From Hyphomonadaceae bacterium (GTDB lineage Bacteria; Pseudomonadota; Alphaproteobacteria; Caulobacterales; Hyphomonadaceae), in NCBI GenBank assembly GCA_030697555.1, contig JAUYPV010000109.1:7227-71226 (forward strand): a stretch of 64,000 bases of DNA, written 5' to 3'. The notes beneath the pieces are model-generated. The model did not search any database, had not been told where the DNA came from, and saw only the letters and a list, made by a program, of their open reading frames with translations. A program made the position numbers and the translations under genes. Of this stretch, positions 28,682 through 37,112 are shown piece after piece (position 1 is the stretch's first letter; every line of letters starts with the position of its first letter).

Positions 28682-29044
28682 TTGCAGCGGCGAGGCCCAA
28701 CCATCCGCCGGTGCGTCGCTAGCAACAACAGCAGCGCACGGGAAGCAGCTTGCGGCCGAACGCGCGATCCGTTCGGCGTGGCGGCGGACGCCGGTGAAGA
28801 AGGGCAGCAGCAGCAGCAGCGGCGGCAGCGGCATCCCGCTGCGGGCAGCAGCGGCAGCGGCGGCAGCGGCGGCAGCAGCGGCAGCAGCGGCAGCAGCGGC
28901 AACGGCAACGGCAACGGCAGCACTGTGCAGCAGCACTGGCAGCAGCAGCCAGACAAGCGGGCCGGCTGGGTCGTTCTCCTCTGCGATGGGATCGGCCTCT
29001 GTCATGCGGAGGAGTATCAGGCCGCCCGGAGGGGGCGGGGATAA
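28682..29044 (+). CDS. Candidate Gln/Ser/Gly/Asn-rich low-complexity protein (120 aa, TTG start), divergent from the MarR gene; coding status unresolved
   Basis: This is the only frame in which the GCN repeat is read with codons common in this window's confident genes (AGC, GGC, CAG, AAC). GAAGGGG lies 4 nt before the TTG. No homology recognised. Third-position GC is only moderate outside the repeat. Confidence 0.3.
   Translation: MQRRGPTIRRCVASNNSSAREAACGRTRDPFGVAADAGEEGQQQQQRRQRHPAAGSSGSGGSGGSSGSSGSSGNGNGNGSTVQQHWQQQPDKRAGWVVLLCDGIGLCHAEEYQAARRGRG
28804..28950. repeat. Imperfect GCN trinucleotide repeat tract, including (GCAGCAGCG)x3 and (GCAACG)x3
   Basis: Read directly: gcagcagcagcagcagcggcggcagcggc … gcagcagcggcagcggcggcagcggcggcagcagcggcagcagcggcagcagcggcaacggcaacggcaacggcagc …. 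Confidence 0.9.
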
Positions 29045-29185
29045 GTTTTGTTTTATCCCACACCTCGCCCCCGCATCTCGCGTTGAGATCGTTGGGGATT
29101 GTGCGGAAAGAGCCGGAGTTATCCCACAGCAGATTCGGCCGGGTTGCGCCGGCTGCTGCCCCCACCGTCTGCGTGCTTCGCACAC

Positions 29186-29277
29186 ATCCACCTCCCCCGC
29201 GCTTTGCGCGGAGGAGGAAATCGGGACGACGAATGCAGAGCTTTTCCTCACCCGACCGAAGGGCGGGGGAGGTGGAT
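29186..29277. repeat. 92-nt element with perfect 15-bp terminal inverted repeats (REP/MITE-like, or a structured RNA)
   Basis: ATCCACCTCCCCCGC (29186-29200) and GCGGGGGAGGTGGAT (29263-29277). Internal complementary pairs GAGGAAA/TTTCCTC and CCGCGC/GCGCGG. Confidence 0.6.
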
Positions 29278-29320
29278 CACTGACGTAGTCAGCGAGACGG
29301 TGGGGGCCGCCGCAGGCGCA

Positions 29321-29351
29321 AACAAAAAGGCCCGCTCTTTCGAGCGGGCCT
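29321..29351 (-). terminator. Rho-independent terminator after the M13 peptidase gene (possibly bidirectional)
   Basis: Stem AGGCCCGCTC/GAGCGGGCCT (29328-29351) with loop TTTC. The minus strand continues TTTTTGTTT; the plus strand continues TTCCGATTTC. Confidence 0.75.
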
Positions 29352-29375
29352 TTCCGATTTCGGAGATGGATCAGG

Positions 29376-31430
29376 TTACCAGATGCGGACGCGTTTTTCT
29401 GGCGGGAGGTACATCTTGTCGCCTTCCTTGACGCCGAAGGCGTCGTACCAGGCGTCGACGTTCGGCATGACGCCGTTGACGCGGTATTCCGGCGGCGAGT
29501 GCGGATCGAGGGTCAGCAGTTGCCGTGCGCGGTCTTCACGCGCCATCGCACGCCAGACCTGAGCCCACGAGAGGAAGAAGCGCTGGTCGCCAGTGTAGTC
29601 GACGCCGTCGACCGTGATGACCGGAGCTTCCTTGCCGCCAAGCGATTCTTGATAGGCGGTATAGGCCATGATGACGCCGCCGAGGTCGCCGATGTTCTCG
29701 CCGGTCGTCAGCTTGCCGATGATGCACTGGTCGGGGAACGGGCAGTAACTGTCATACTGCTTGTTGAGCACGTCGGCCGCAGCGACGAATTTCGCTTTCG
29801 TCTCGGCGGTCCACCAGTCGCGCTGGACGCCCTTGTCGTCGAAGGCGGAGCCCTGGTCGTCGAAGCCGTGACCGATCTCGTGGCCGATGACGGCGCCGAT
29901 CGCACCATAGTTCACGGCCGGGTCGGCATTCACGTCGAAGAATGGAGGCTGGAGGATGCCAGCCGGGAACGTGATCTGGTTCATCAGCGGATTGTAGGAC
30001 GCGTTCACGGTCTGCGCGTTCATGTCCCATTCTTCGCGATCCACCGGGCCGCCGAGCTGGGCGACCTGACGCTTCCACTCGAACGTCCGGGCAGCCATCA
30101 CATTCTCGAAGAGCTTGGCCTTGTCGACCTGCATGGCGGAGTAATCGCGCCATTTGTTCGGATAGCCGACGCGGACCTCGAAGTTGGCGAGCTTCTTCAG
30201 CGCTTCGGCGCGGGTCGGCTCGTCCATCCAGGTGAGGCCCTTGATGCGGCTCTCAAGCGCCGTGTGGAGGTTGCCGACGAGCGCTTCCATCTTGGCCTTG
30301 TTCTCCGGCGGGAAGAACTTGGCGGCGTAGGCTTCGCCCAGAGCTTCACCGATGTTGCCGTCGAGCAGCTGCACGCCACGCTTCCAGCGGTCGCGCTTGG
30401 CGGAGACGCCCGAGAGCGTCTTGTTGAAGAATTCGAACGAGGCGTCGTCGAAGGCCTTGGTCAGGAATGTCGCGTTGTCGGACGCGATGTGGAAGGTGAG
30501 GTACTTCTTCCATGCCGCGATCGACTGGCTGTCGACAAGCTTGGCACCGGCGGTGATCGACGTGTCGCCATAGGCGACCATGTTGGCCAGCGCGGGCAGG
30601 CCGGCGTCGGTTGCGAACTTGTCCAGATCGATGTTCGGGACAAGCTTCTTGAAGCCTGCTGCATCCATCGCCTTGAAGGCCTTGTCCGTCACGCGCAGTT
30701 CTTCCTGCTTCCAGTGACCCTTGGCGACTTCGGTCTCGAACTTGATCACCGTGTCGGCCGAAGCCGCCGGCGCCGGATCGCCGAGCAGTTCGAAGATCTT
30801 CGTGACGTAGGCCTTGTAGGCGGCGCGGTATTTGACCTGCGATTCCGTCTTGCCGAGATAGTATTCGCGGTCGGGCATGCCGAGGCCGCCCTGGGCGCCC
30901 CAGACAGCGTAACGCGTCGGATCAGCGGTGTCGGCTTCGATGCCGAGGCCGAAGGGCGACGCGTAACCAACAGTGGCGACGACCTTCAGCAGGTCCGCCT
31001 TGGTGTTGATGGCGTTGATCGTATCGAGATAAGGCTTCAGCGGTTCGATGCCGCGTGTCTCGAGGGCTGCTTCATCCATCCAGCTTGCGTAGAAGTCCGC
31101 GGCCTTGGCGACGTTGGTGCCGGCGGCGGGCGCGGTCGTCGCAAAGCCATCGATGATCGACTTCACGTCGGCTTCCGACTTGTCGCCCAGCGCGTCGAAC
31201 GAGCCATAGCGGGCCTTGTCGGCGGGCATCTGGAAAGTCGCGAGCCACTTGCCGTTGGCGTATTTGAAGAAGTCGTCGCCGGGCTTCACGGCCGTGTCGG
31301 CATTAGTGAGATCGACGCCGAAGGCGCCGATGGCGGCGGCCTTGGGGGTTTCGACCGCCGCGGGCTTTGTGGGCGAGCACGCGGCCAGAAGCGCGGCCGC
31401 GGAGGCGGCAAGCAGAAGAGTCATTCGCAT
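29376..31430 (-). CDS. M13 family zinc metallopeptidase (PepO/endothelin-converting-enzyme-like), lipoprotein
   Basis: 'HEIGHGFDDQG' (HExxH) and 'GENIGDLGG' (ENxADxGG-type). Signal/lipobox 'MRMTLLLAASAAALLAAC'. SD GAGGTG lies before the ATG at 31430. Confidence 0.9.
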   Translation of the reverse strand: MRMTLLLAASAAALLAACSPTKPAAVETPKAAAIGAFGVDLTNADTAVKPGDDFFKYANGKWLATFQMPADKARYGSFDALGDKSEADVKSIIDGFATTAPAAGTNVAKAADFYASWMDEAALETRGIEPLKPYLDTINAINTKADLLKVVATVGYASPFGLGIEADTADPTRYAVWGAQGGLGMPDREYYLGKTESQVKYRAAYKAYVTKIFELLGDPAPAASADTVIKFETEVAKGHWKQEELRVTDKAFKAMDAAGFKKLVPNIDLDKFATDAGLPALANMVAYGDTSITAGAKLVDSQSIAAWKKYLTFHIASDNATFLTKAFDDASFEFFNKTLSGVSAKRDRWKRGVQLLDGNIGEALGEAYAAKFFPPENKAKMEALVGNLHTALESRIKGLTWMDEPTRAEALKKLANFEVRVGYPNKWRDYSAMQVDKAKLFENVMAARTFEWKRQVAQLGGPVDREEWDMNAQTVNASYNPLMNQITFPAGILQPPFFDVNADPAVNYGAIGAVIGHEIGHGFDDQGSAFDDKGVQRDWWTAETKAKFVAAADVLNKQYDSYCPFPDQCIIGKLTTGENIGDLGGVIMAYTAYQESLGGKEAPVITVDGVDYTGDQRFFLSWAQVWRAMAREDRARQLLTLDPHSPPEYRVNGVMPNVDAWYDAFGVKEGDKMYLPPEKRVRIW

Positions 31431-31632
31431 GGAGTACACCTCAGGGAATGTTTTCGCCGGTAGAGGCGGCGCTGGGCAGGATTTCCCCCAGCGCACTTTG
31501 CGAGTCAACGTTTCTTATCGGAAAACAATATGGACGATTACCGGTGGGCTTGGGTGTGGCGCTGGCGTCCACAGGAAAATCTAGGCAAATCAGGCATGTC
31601 GGCTTAGGTCGAGAGTCGAAGGACCGAAAACG

Positions 31633-33075
31633 ATGGCCGAGCGCGACGGCGCCGAAAGGCAGGACGAGGGCGGAGACGCCTTCGCGCGGGTGACGCGCGG
31701 GCGGCGCGCCAGCGATTTCCTGGTCATCGGCGCAGCCTGCGTGGCTGTTCTCGTGGGGCTCGCGCTGATCGGTGAGATCTCGCTGTGGGCGGCGACGCTG
31801 GCGGGGCTGATGATCGTGGCGTTCATCGTGGCGTTCTTCGCCGGCACCGCCGACCTGGCGCGCGATGCGATGCGCGCGGACGATGCGACGGATGAACAAG
31901 TCGCGGCGCGGGCCGAGGCGGAGCGCAAATATCGCGTGGCGCTAATCGAGGCGTTGCCGGAGCCGGCGATGTATATCGACGCGGGCGGCAAGGTGGAGGC
32001 GGCGAACGCGGCGTCGCGGCGGCAATTCCGCTTCGTGAATGCCGAGCCGTTGCTGACGGCGGTGGTGCGGCGGCCGGAGCTGCTCGATGCGGTGACGCAG
32101 GCGAAGCGCGAGAAGACGCCGCAACGTTTCGAGTTCGTCGAGCGCGACGAGACGGATCGCTATTTCTCCTGCGTAGCGGCGCCGCTGGGGACGGGCGTGC
32201 TGGTGAGTATGCACGACCTGACGGACATCAAGCGGGCAGAATTCGCGCGGGTGGATTTCCTCGCCAACGCCAGCCATGAGCTGCGCACGCCGCTGACGTC
32301 GCTGGCGGGGTTCATCGAGACGCTGCGCGGGCCGGCGAAGGACGATCCCAAGGCGCAGGAAAAATTCCTCGAGATCATGCAGGGCCAGGCCGAGCGGATG
32401 AAGCGGTTGATCTCTGACCTGCTTTCGCTGTCGAGGATCGAGCTGGTGGAGCACAGGCCGCCGGAGGGCGAGGCGGATCTGGCGGCCGTGGCGGCGGAGG
32501 TGGTGGTTGCTCTGCTTCCGGTGGCTGCGGAGCGGGGCGTGACGCTGAAGCTAACCTGCCCGGCGGCGGGCGGGGCCAACGTGACCGCGGTGCGGGACGA
32601 GTTGGCGCAGGTGGCGCAGAACCTGGTCGACAACGCGATCAAGTATTCGGAGGACGGCGACACGGTCGAGATCGAGGTGCTGGCGGGGCTGGCGCTGACG
32701 GAGGCAGAAGCGCGCGCGGGGCGGCGATGGGATACGGCGGGCCGCATGTCGATCGTGACGGCGCTGGGCGCGGGCAAGTCGGGCGCGAGATTTGCCGTGC
32801 TGCGGGTGACGGATGCGGGGCCCGGGATCGAGCGGCAATACCTGCCGAGATTGTCGGAGCGGTTCTATCGCGTTGATCCGGGCAGGGGGCTCAGGCCGGG
32901 GACCGGGCTTGGGCTCGCGATCGTGAAGCACGTCGTGCAGCGCCATCGCGGCGAGTTCCTGGTGGAGAGCGAGCCGGGTCGTGGATCCGCGTTCGGCGTG
33001 GTGTTGCCGATGGCGGAGGCGCGGAGCGCGGCTTCGAAGGCGGCGAACGAGGCTGGCGCGATACTCGGCGGCTGA
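31633..33075 (+). CDS. phoR: Phosphate regulon sensor histidine kinase PhoR
   Basis: TM region, PAS-like region, H-box 'FLANASHELRTPLTS', and N/G boxes 'NLVDNAIKYS…','DAGPGI…GTGLGLAIVKH'. Sits in the pho locus context. Confidence 0.88.
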   Translation: MAERDGAERQDEGGDAFARVTRGRRASDFLVIGAACVAVLVGLALIGEISLWAATLAGLMIVAFIVAFFAGTADLARDAMRADDATDEQVAARAEAERKYRVALIEALPEPAMYIDAGGKVEAANAASRRQFRFVNAEPLLTAVVRRPELLDAVTQAKREKTPQRFEFVERDETDRYFSCVAAPLGTGVLVSMHDLTDIKRAEFARVDFLANASHELRTPLTSLAGFIETLRGPAKDDPKAQEKFLEIMQGQAERMKRLISDLLSLSRIELVEHRPPEGEADLAAVAAEVVVALLPVAAERGVTLKLTCPAAGGANVTAVRDELAQVAQNLVDNAIKYSEDGDTVEIEVLAGLALTEAEARAGRRWDTAGRMSIVTALGAGKSGARFAVLRVTDAGPGIERQYLPRLSERFYRVDPGRGLRPGTGLGLAIVKHVVQRHRGEFLVESEPGRGSAFGVVLPMAEARSAASKAANEAGAILGG

Positions 33076-33078
33076 CGC

Positions 33079-35772
33079 TTATCCGGTATTGCGGAGGCCG
33101 GCGGCGACGCCGTTGATGGCGAGGAGGATGCCTTCGCGGGTGGCTTCGCTTTCATCGCCCTTGCGGCGGCGGGCGATAAGTTCGATCTGCAGGTGGTTGA
33201 GCGGATCGATGTAGGGCAGGCGCGAGCGGATCGTGCCGGCGAGGTCGGGGTTCTTCTCGAGCAGTTCGGACTGGCCGGTGATCTCGAGCAGCGTGTCGTG
33301 TGTCAGCTTCCATTCCGAGGAGATGACGCCGAAGACTTTTGCGGCGAGCGCCTTGTCCTCGACGAGGCCGGCATAGCGGCCGGCGATGGAGAGGTCTGAC
33401 TTCACCATCACCATTTCCATGTTGCCCATGGCCGAGTGGAAGAACGGCCAGGTTTCGTGGAGCTCCTTGAGGAGGCTGATATCGACGCCGGCGGTCTTCA
33501 CCGCCGAGCCGAAGCCGAACCAGCCGGGGACCATGGCGCGCGACTGCGCCCAGGAGAACACCCATGGAATGGCGCGCAGGCCCTCGATGCTGCGCTTGGT
33601 CTGGCGCATGGCGGGCCGGCTGCCGATGTTGAGGTCGGCGATCTCGGTGATGGGCGTGGCGGCGAAGAAATAGTCGACGAAGCCGGGTGTTTCGTAGATG
33701 AGCGCGCGATAGGCGCGGAAGGCGGCCTGCGAGAGTTTGTCCATCGCTTCGCCCTGCTGGGCCGTGGCGTTGGCGCCCTGCTGTTGCGAGAGGGAGGCGA
33801 GCACGACGCCGGCGGTGAGGGTTTCGAGGCTTTGGCGGGTGAGGTCGGGATCGCCATACTTGTTGGCGACGACCTCGCCCTGTTCGGTGATGCGGATGCG
33901 ACCGTTCACCGTGCCTTGCGGCTGGGCGAGAAGCGCTTCGAAGCTGGAGCCGCCGCCGCGACCGACGGCGCCGCCACGGCCGTGGAAGAGTTGCAAGCGC
34001 AGGCCTGCGTCGGTGACGACCTTGTGGAGCGCGCGTGAGGCTTTCTGCAGCTCCCAGATCGAGGTGAGGTAGCTGCCGTCCTTGTTCGAGTCGGAATAGC
34101 CGATCATCACTTCCTGCGAGCCGTCCTTGCCGTGGAGGGCGCGCATCATGGGCAGGGCGAGGAAGCGTTTCATGGTTTCGGGCGCGGCGCGGAGGTCGCC
34201 GATGGTTTCGAAGAGGGGCTCGGCGAAGACCTGTGTTGAGGGTTCGACGCCGGGACGGAAGAGGCCGACTTCCTTGAGGAGGACGTAGACTTCGAGGAGA
34301 TCGGACACGGCGGTGGTGTTGGAGATGATGTAGTTGCGGATGGCGTCGGGCCCGTGCCGCTTCTTCATTTCGGCGGCCATGGCGAGCGTCTTGAGTTCGC
34401 GGCGCGTCTCGTCACTGTAGTTGGCGAAGGGCGAAGCGAGCAGGCGGCCGTGGGCGAGTTCCTTCAGCAGGAGATCGCAGCGCTTGTCTTCTTCCAGCTT
34501 TTCGTAGTCGTCGGCGACGCCAGCGACCTTCAGGAGTTCGGCGATGACGCGGCCGTGGATGGCGGAGTTCTGGCGCATGTCCAGTGTGGCGAGATGGAAG
34601 CCGAAGACATCGACGGCGCGGATGAGGTCTGGGAGCGGGCCGGTGCGGAAGGAGCGGCCCTGGTGCTGGAGCAGTGAGTTGAGCACGGCCTTGAGGTCTG
34701 ACTTCAGGTCCGAGGGGCTGGCGTAGGCTTCGCCTTTCGCCATGGGCGTCCGGGCGGGGCGTTCGCCTGTGAGGGCGGTGAGTGTGGCGGCGAGGCGCGC
34801 GTAGATGCCGGTGAGGGCGCGGCGATAGGGTTCGTCGGCGCGCTGGGGCGAAGTGTCTTTCGAGCGGTCGGCGAGTTCCTGCAGTTCCGGCGTGACGGCG
34901 GTGAAGCGCGAGGAGAGGGAGAGTTCGGCGCCGAGGGCGTGGAGGTGGTCGAGATAGAGACGCAGGGCGGCGCCTGACTGGCGTGACAGGGCCCGGCGCA
35001 TGGTGGCGCCGTCGACGTTCGGATTGCCGTCGCGGTCGCCGCCGACCCAGGTGCCGACGCGAAGGAAGCTCTTGAGATCGTCCGGATCGCCGAGCGCCTC
35101 GAGCCAGTGTGCGTAGAGGGGCGGCAGGGCGGGCAGGAAGCTGTGCTCGAAATAGGAGACGGCGTTCTCGATCTCGTCGTCGACGGCCACGCGGATGTTG
35201 CGGAGGAGGCGGGTGCGCCAGAGGATCGAGACCTGGCGGCGAAGGTCGGCTTCGGCGTGGGCGCGTTCGGCGGGAGAGGCGGCGCGGTCGATGGCTTCGA
35301 GGTCGGCGGCGATGGCGTTCTGGCGGTCGAGCACGCTCTTGCGGCGGACTTCGCTGGGGTGGGCGGTGATGACGGGGGCGATCAGCGCGACCGAGAGAAG
35401 TGCGGCGACGTCTTTGGTGGAGACGCCTTGCTCGCCGAGTGTGCGGAGGACGCCGGCCAGCGTATCCGGGCGGTCGTCGCCGGCGCGGCCGCGGCGGCGC
35501 TGGATGTGGTCTTCGGCGAGGTTGGTGATCTGCAGGAAGCTGGCGAAGGAGTGCACGAAGCGGACGGCTTCGGTGACGGAGAGGCGGGCGATCTGGCCGG
35601 AGAGGAGTCTGGCGGCGGCCTCGGAGTTTTCGCGGTGAAAGGCGACGGAGGCGCGGCGGATGTCCTCGATCTGGCGGAAGACGTCTTCGCCATCCTGCTC
35701 GCGGATGGCGTCGCCGAGGACGGCGCCGAGCATCCGGACGATTGAGCGCTGGTCTTCAGCGTCGTTCTGCAT
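33079..35772 (-). CDS. ppc: Phosphoenolpyruvate carboxylase
   Basis: 'TAHPSEVRRKS', 'MIGYSDSNKDGSY', 'FHGRGGAVGRGGG' and the C-terminal '…GLRNTG' are PEPC signatures. 897 aa. Confidence 0.96.
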   Translation of the reverse strand: MQNDAEDQRSIVRMLGAVLGDAIREQDGEDVFRQIEDIRRASVAFHRENSEAAARLLSGQIARLSVTEAVRFVHSFASFLQITNLAEDHIQRRRGRAGDDRPDTLAGVLRTLGEQGVSTKDVAALLSVALIAPVITAHPSEVRRKSVLDRQNAIAADLEAIDRAASPAERAHAEADLRRQVSILWRTRLLRNIRVAVDDEIENAVSYFEHSFLPALPPLYAHWLEALGDPDDLKSFLRVGTWVGGDRDGNPNVDGATMRRALSRQSGAALRLYLDHLHALGAELSLSSRFTAVTPELQELADRSKDTSPQRADEPYRRALTGIYARLAATLTALTGERPARTPMAKGEAYASPSDLKSDLKAVLNSLLQHQGRSFRTGPLPDLIRAVDVFGFHLATLDMRQNSAIHGRVIAELLKVAGVADDYEKLEEDKRCDLLLKELAHGRLLASPFANYSDETRRELKTLAMAAEMKKRHGPDAIRNYIISNTTAVSDLLEVYVLLKEVGLFRPGVEPSTQVFAEPLFETIGDLRAAPETMKRFLALPMMRALHGKDGSQEVMIGYSDSNKDGSYLTSIWELQKASRALHKVVTDAGLRLQLFHGRGGAVGRGGGSSFEALLAQPQGTVNGRIRITEQGEVVANKYGDPDLTRQSLETLTAGVVLASLSQQQGANATAQQGEAMDKLSQAAFRAYRALIYETPGFVDYFFAATPITEIADLNIGSRPAMRQTKRSIEGLRAIPWVFSWAQSRAMVPGWFGFGSAVKTAGVDISLLKELHETWPFFHSAMGNMEMVMVKSDLSIAGRYAGLVEDKALAAKVFGVISSEWKLTHDTLLEITGQSELLEKNPDLAGTIRSRLPYIDPLNHLQIELIARRRKGDESEATREGILLAINGVAAGLRNTG

Positions 35773-35894
35773 GAGGGGTCCGCGCTGGCGCCAATGGGTC
35801 TGGCCACTGATCTAGCGCGTCGAGGCCAGCCTCCCAACCCACGGAATCCGCAGGGCGGCCATTGGCGATACCGATGCCTGCGGAAGATGCAGCC

Positions 35895-37112
35895 CTAGAG
35901 CAGGTGCGCCTGGGCTTCGTCGCGGTGCTTCTTGAGGTATTTCATGAAGGGCGTTCCGCCGGTGCCGACGTCGGTGTCGTTGCCGGCCGAGTCCTTGCCC
36001 TGCTTGTTGATGTAGCTTGCCGCGTATTCGAGGTGGCGGGTGCGGAAGCGGGCGAGCTTGTTGACGCAGTCATTGTAGAGATCGCGCAACGTGGGATTGC
36101 CGGTCTTCTGGATGAAGGCGCGGAGATGGCTTGAGGCGCGCACGGCATCGATGAATTTGCGGTGCGCGGGCGGGCGATAGATGTGCAGCTCGTCGAGGAA
36201 AGTGCGCAGCGGGTCGGCTGCGTGGCCGATGCCGAGCAGGGCGTCCATCGCGGGGACGATGGAGCTTTGCGAGCCGGTCTGGCCGCGGAACGCTTGCGGC
36301 TGGCCGTTCGTTTCCGCGACGCCTTCGTAGATCAGGCCGTCACCGAGGGCCGGGTTGTCCTTCCAGCCGTGGATGTAGGGGCGCACGCGGTGGAAGTAGA
36401 TGTAGGGGTCGCAGCGCTCGGGCATGCGGTCGAAGATCGCATTGAGATCGTCCCAGACTTTTGCGGCGGCGGCGAGGTGTTGCTCGACGGCTTTCTCGTC
36501 GCTGTGGTCGGAAGCTCCGACGAGTTGCGGGATGAGGGCGAGCATTTCGCCGGCGCGCGCTTCGATGGCGACGTGGACGAGGACGAACCAGGCCTCGTCC
36601 TGACCGGCGAGGAAGTTCTGGATCATGTAAATGTTGTCGAGCGCGATCGGGCCTTTGCGGTCGAGGCGATCCCAGTTGTCGAGGACGTAGGACGAGTAGG
36701 GGAGGAGCGGCTGCTGGCCCAGGCGTTTGGCGAGCGCCCAGATCGGAACAGCCATCGAGGGCGGCAGGGATTTCGGCGCGTCGGGTTCGCCCCAGACATA
36801 AGCCTGCACCATGAAGGAGTAGCGGACCATGGCGGTGCGGAGCTGGGCTTCGCTCGCCTCGGCGCAGAAGGTCTTGAGGTCGAGGACGGGGAGCGCCTTG
36901 AGGTAAGAGCGCACTTTTCCGGTGAGCATCGTGCGGGGGAGGTCGCGGGCCGCTTCGACCGGTTCGTCGAGCTGGGGAGGCAGGGTCACGTCCGCTGCGT
37001 CGTAGGAGCAAAGATATCCCCGTTCCCGGGTGATATCGCAGTCGGACAGTTTCAGGGATGCGGTCATGCGGGGGAAAGCTTCCTCGGAATCGGGATCGGC
37101 GGCAGAAAACAC
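35895..37112 (-). CDS. Indoleamine 2,3-dioxygenase (IDO) family heme protein
   Basis: Blocks matching human IDO1 as I remember it: 'RPYIHGWKDNPALGDGLIYEG' (cf. [21 protein letters not shown]), 'GQTGSQSSIVPAMDALLGI' (cf. GGSAGQSSVFQCFDVLLGI), 'RFRTRHLEYAASYI' (proximal His; cf. SLRSYHLQIVTKYI), 'GTGGTPFMKYLKK' (cf. GTGGTDLMNFLKT). Start uncertain (GTG 37112 or ATG 37067). Confidence 0.85.
   Translation of the reverse strand: MFSAADPDSEEAFPRMTASLKLSDCDITRERGYLCSYDAADVTLPPQLDEPVEAARDLPRTMLTGKVRSYLKALPVLDLKTFCAEASEAQLRTAMVRYSFMVQAYVWGEPDAPKSLPPSMAVPIWALAKRLGQQPLLPYSSYVLDNWDRLDRKGPIALDNIYMIQNFLAGQDEAWFVLVHVAIEARAGEMLALIPQLVGASDHSDEKAVEQHLAAAAKVWDDLNAIFDRMPERCDPYIYFHRVRPYIHGWKDNPALGDGLIYEGVAETNGQPQAFRGQTGSQSSIVPAMDALLGIGHAADPLRTFLDELHIYRPPAHRKFIDAVRASSHLRAFIQKTGNPTLRDLYNDCVNKLARFRTRHLEYAASYINKQGKDSAGNDTDVGTGGTPFMKYLKKHRDEAQAHLL

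Noticed and set aside
28562-29288. Poly-Ala ORFs: minus 28562-29251 (229 aa) and plus 28677-29288 (203 aa).
   Set aside because: - The Ala runs would be encoded mostly by GCT or GCA, which look rare in the confident genes of this window.
- The minus ORF has no SD at either Met, and its 3' end runs through the AT-rich promoter-like block.
- They are kept only as alternatives in the finding on this region.
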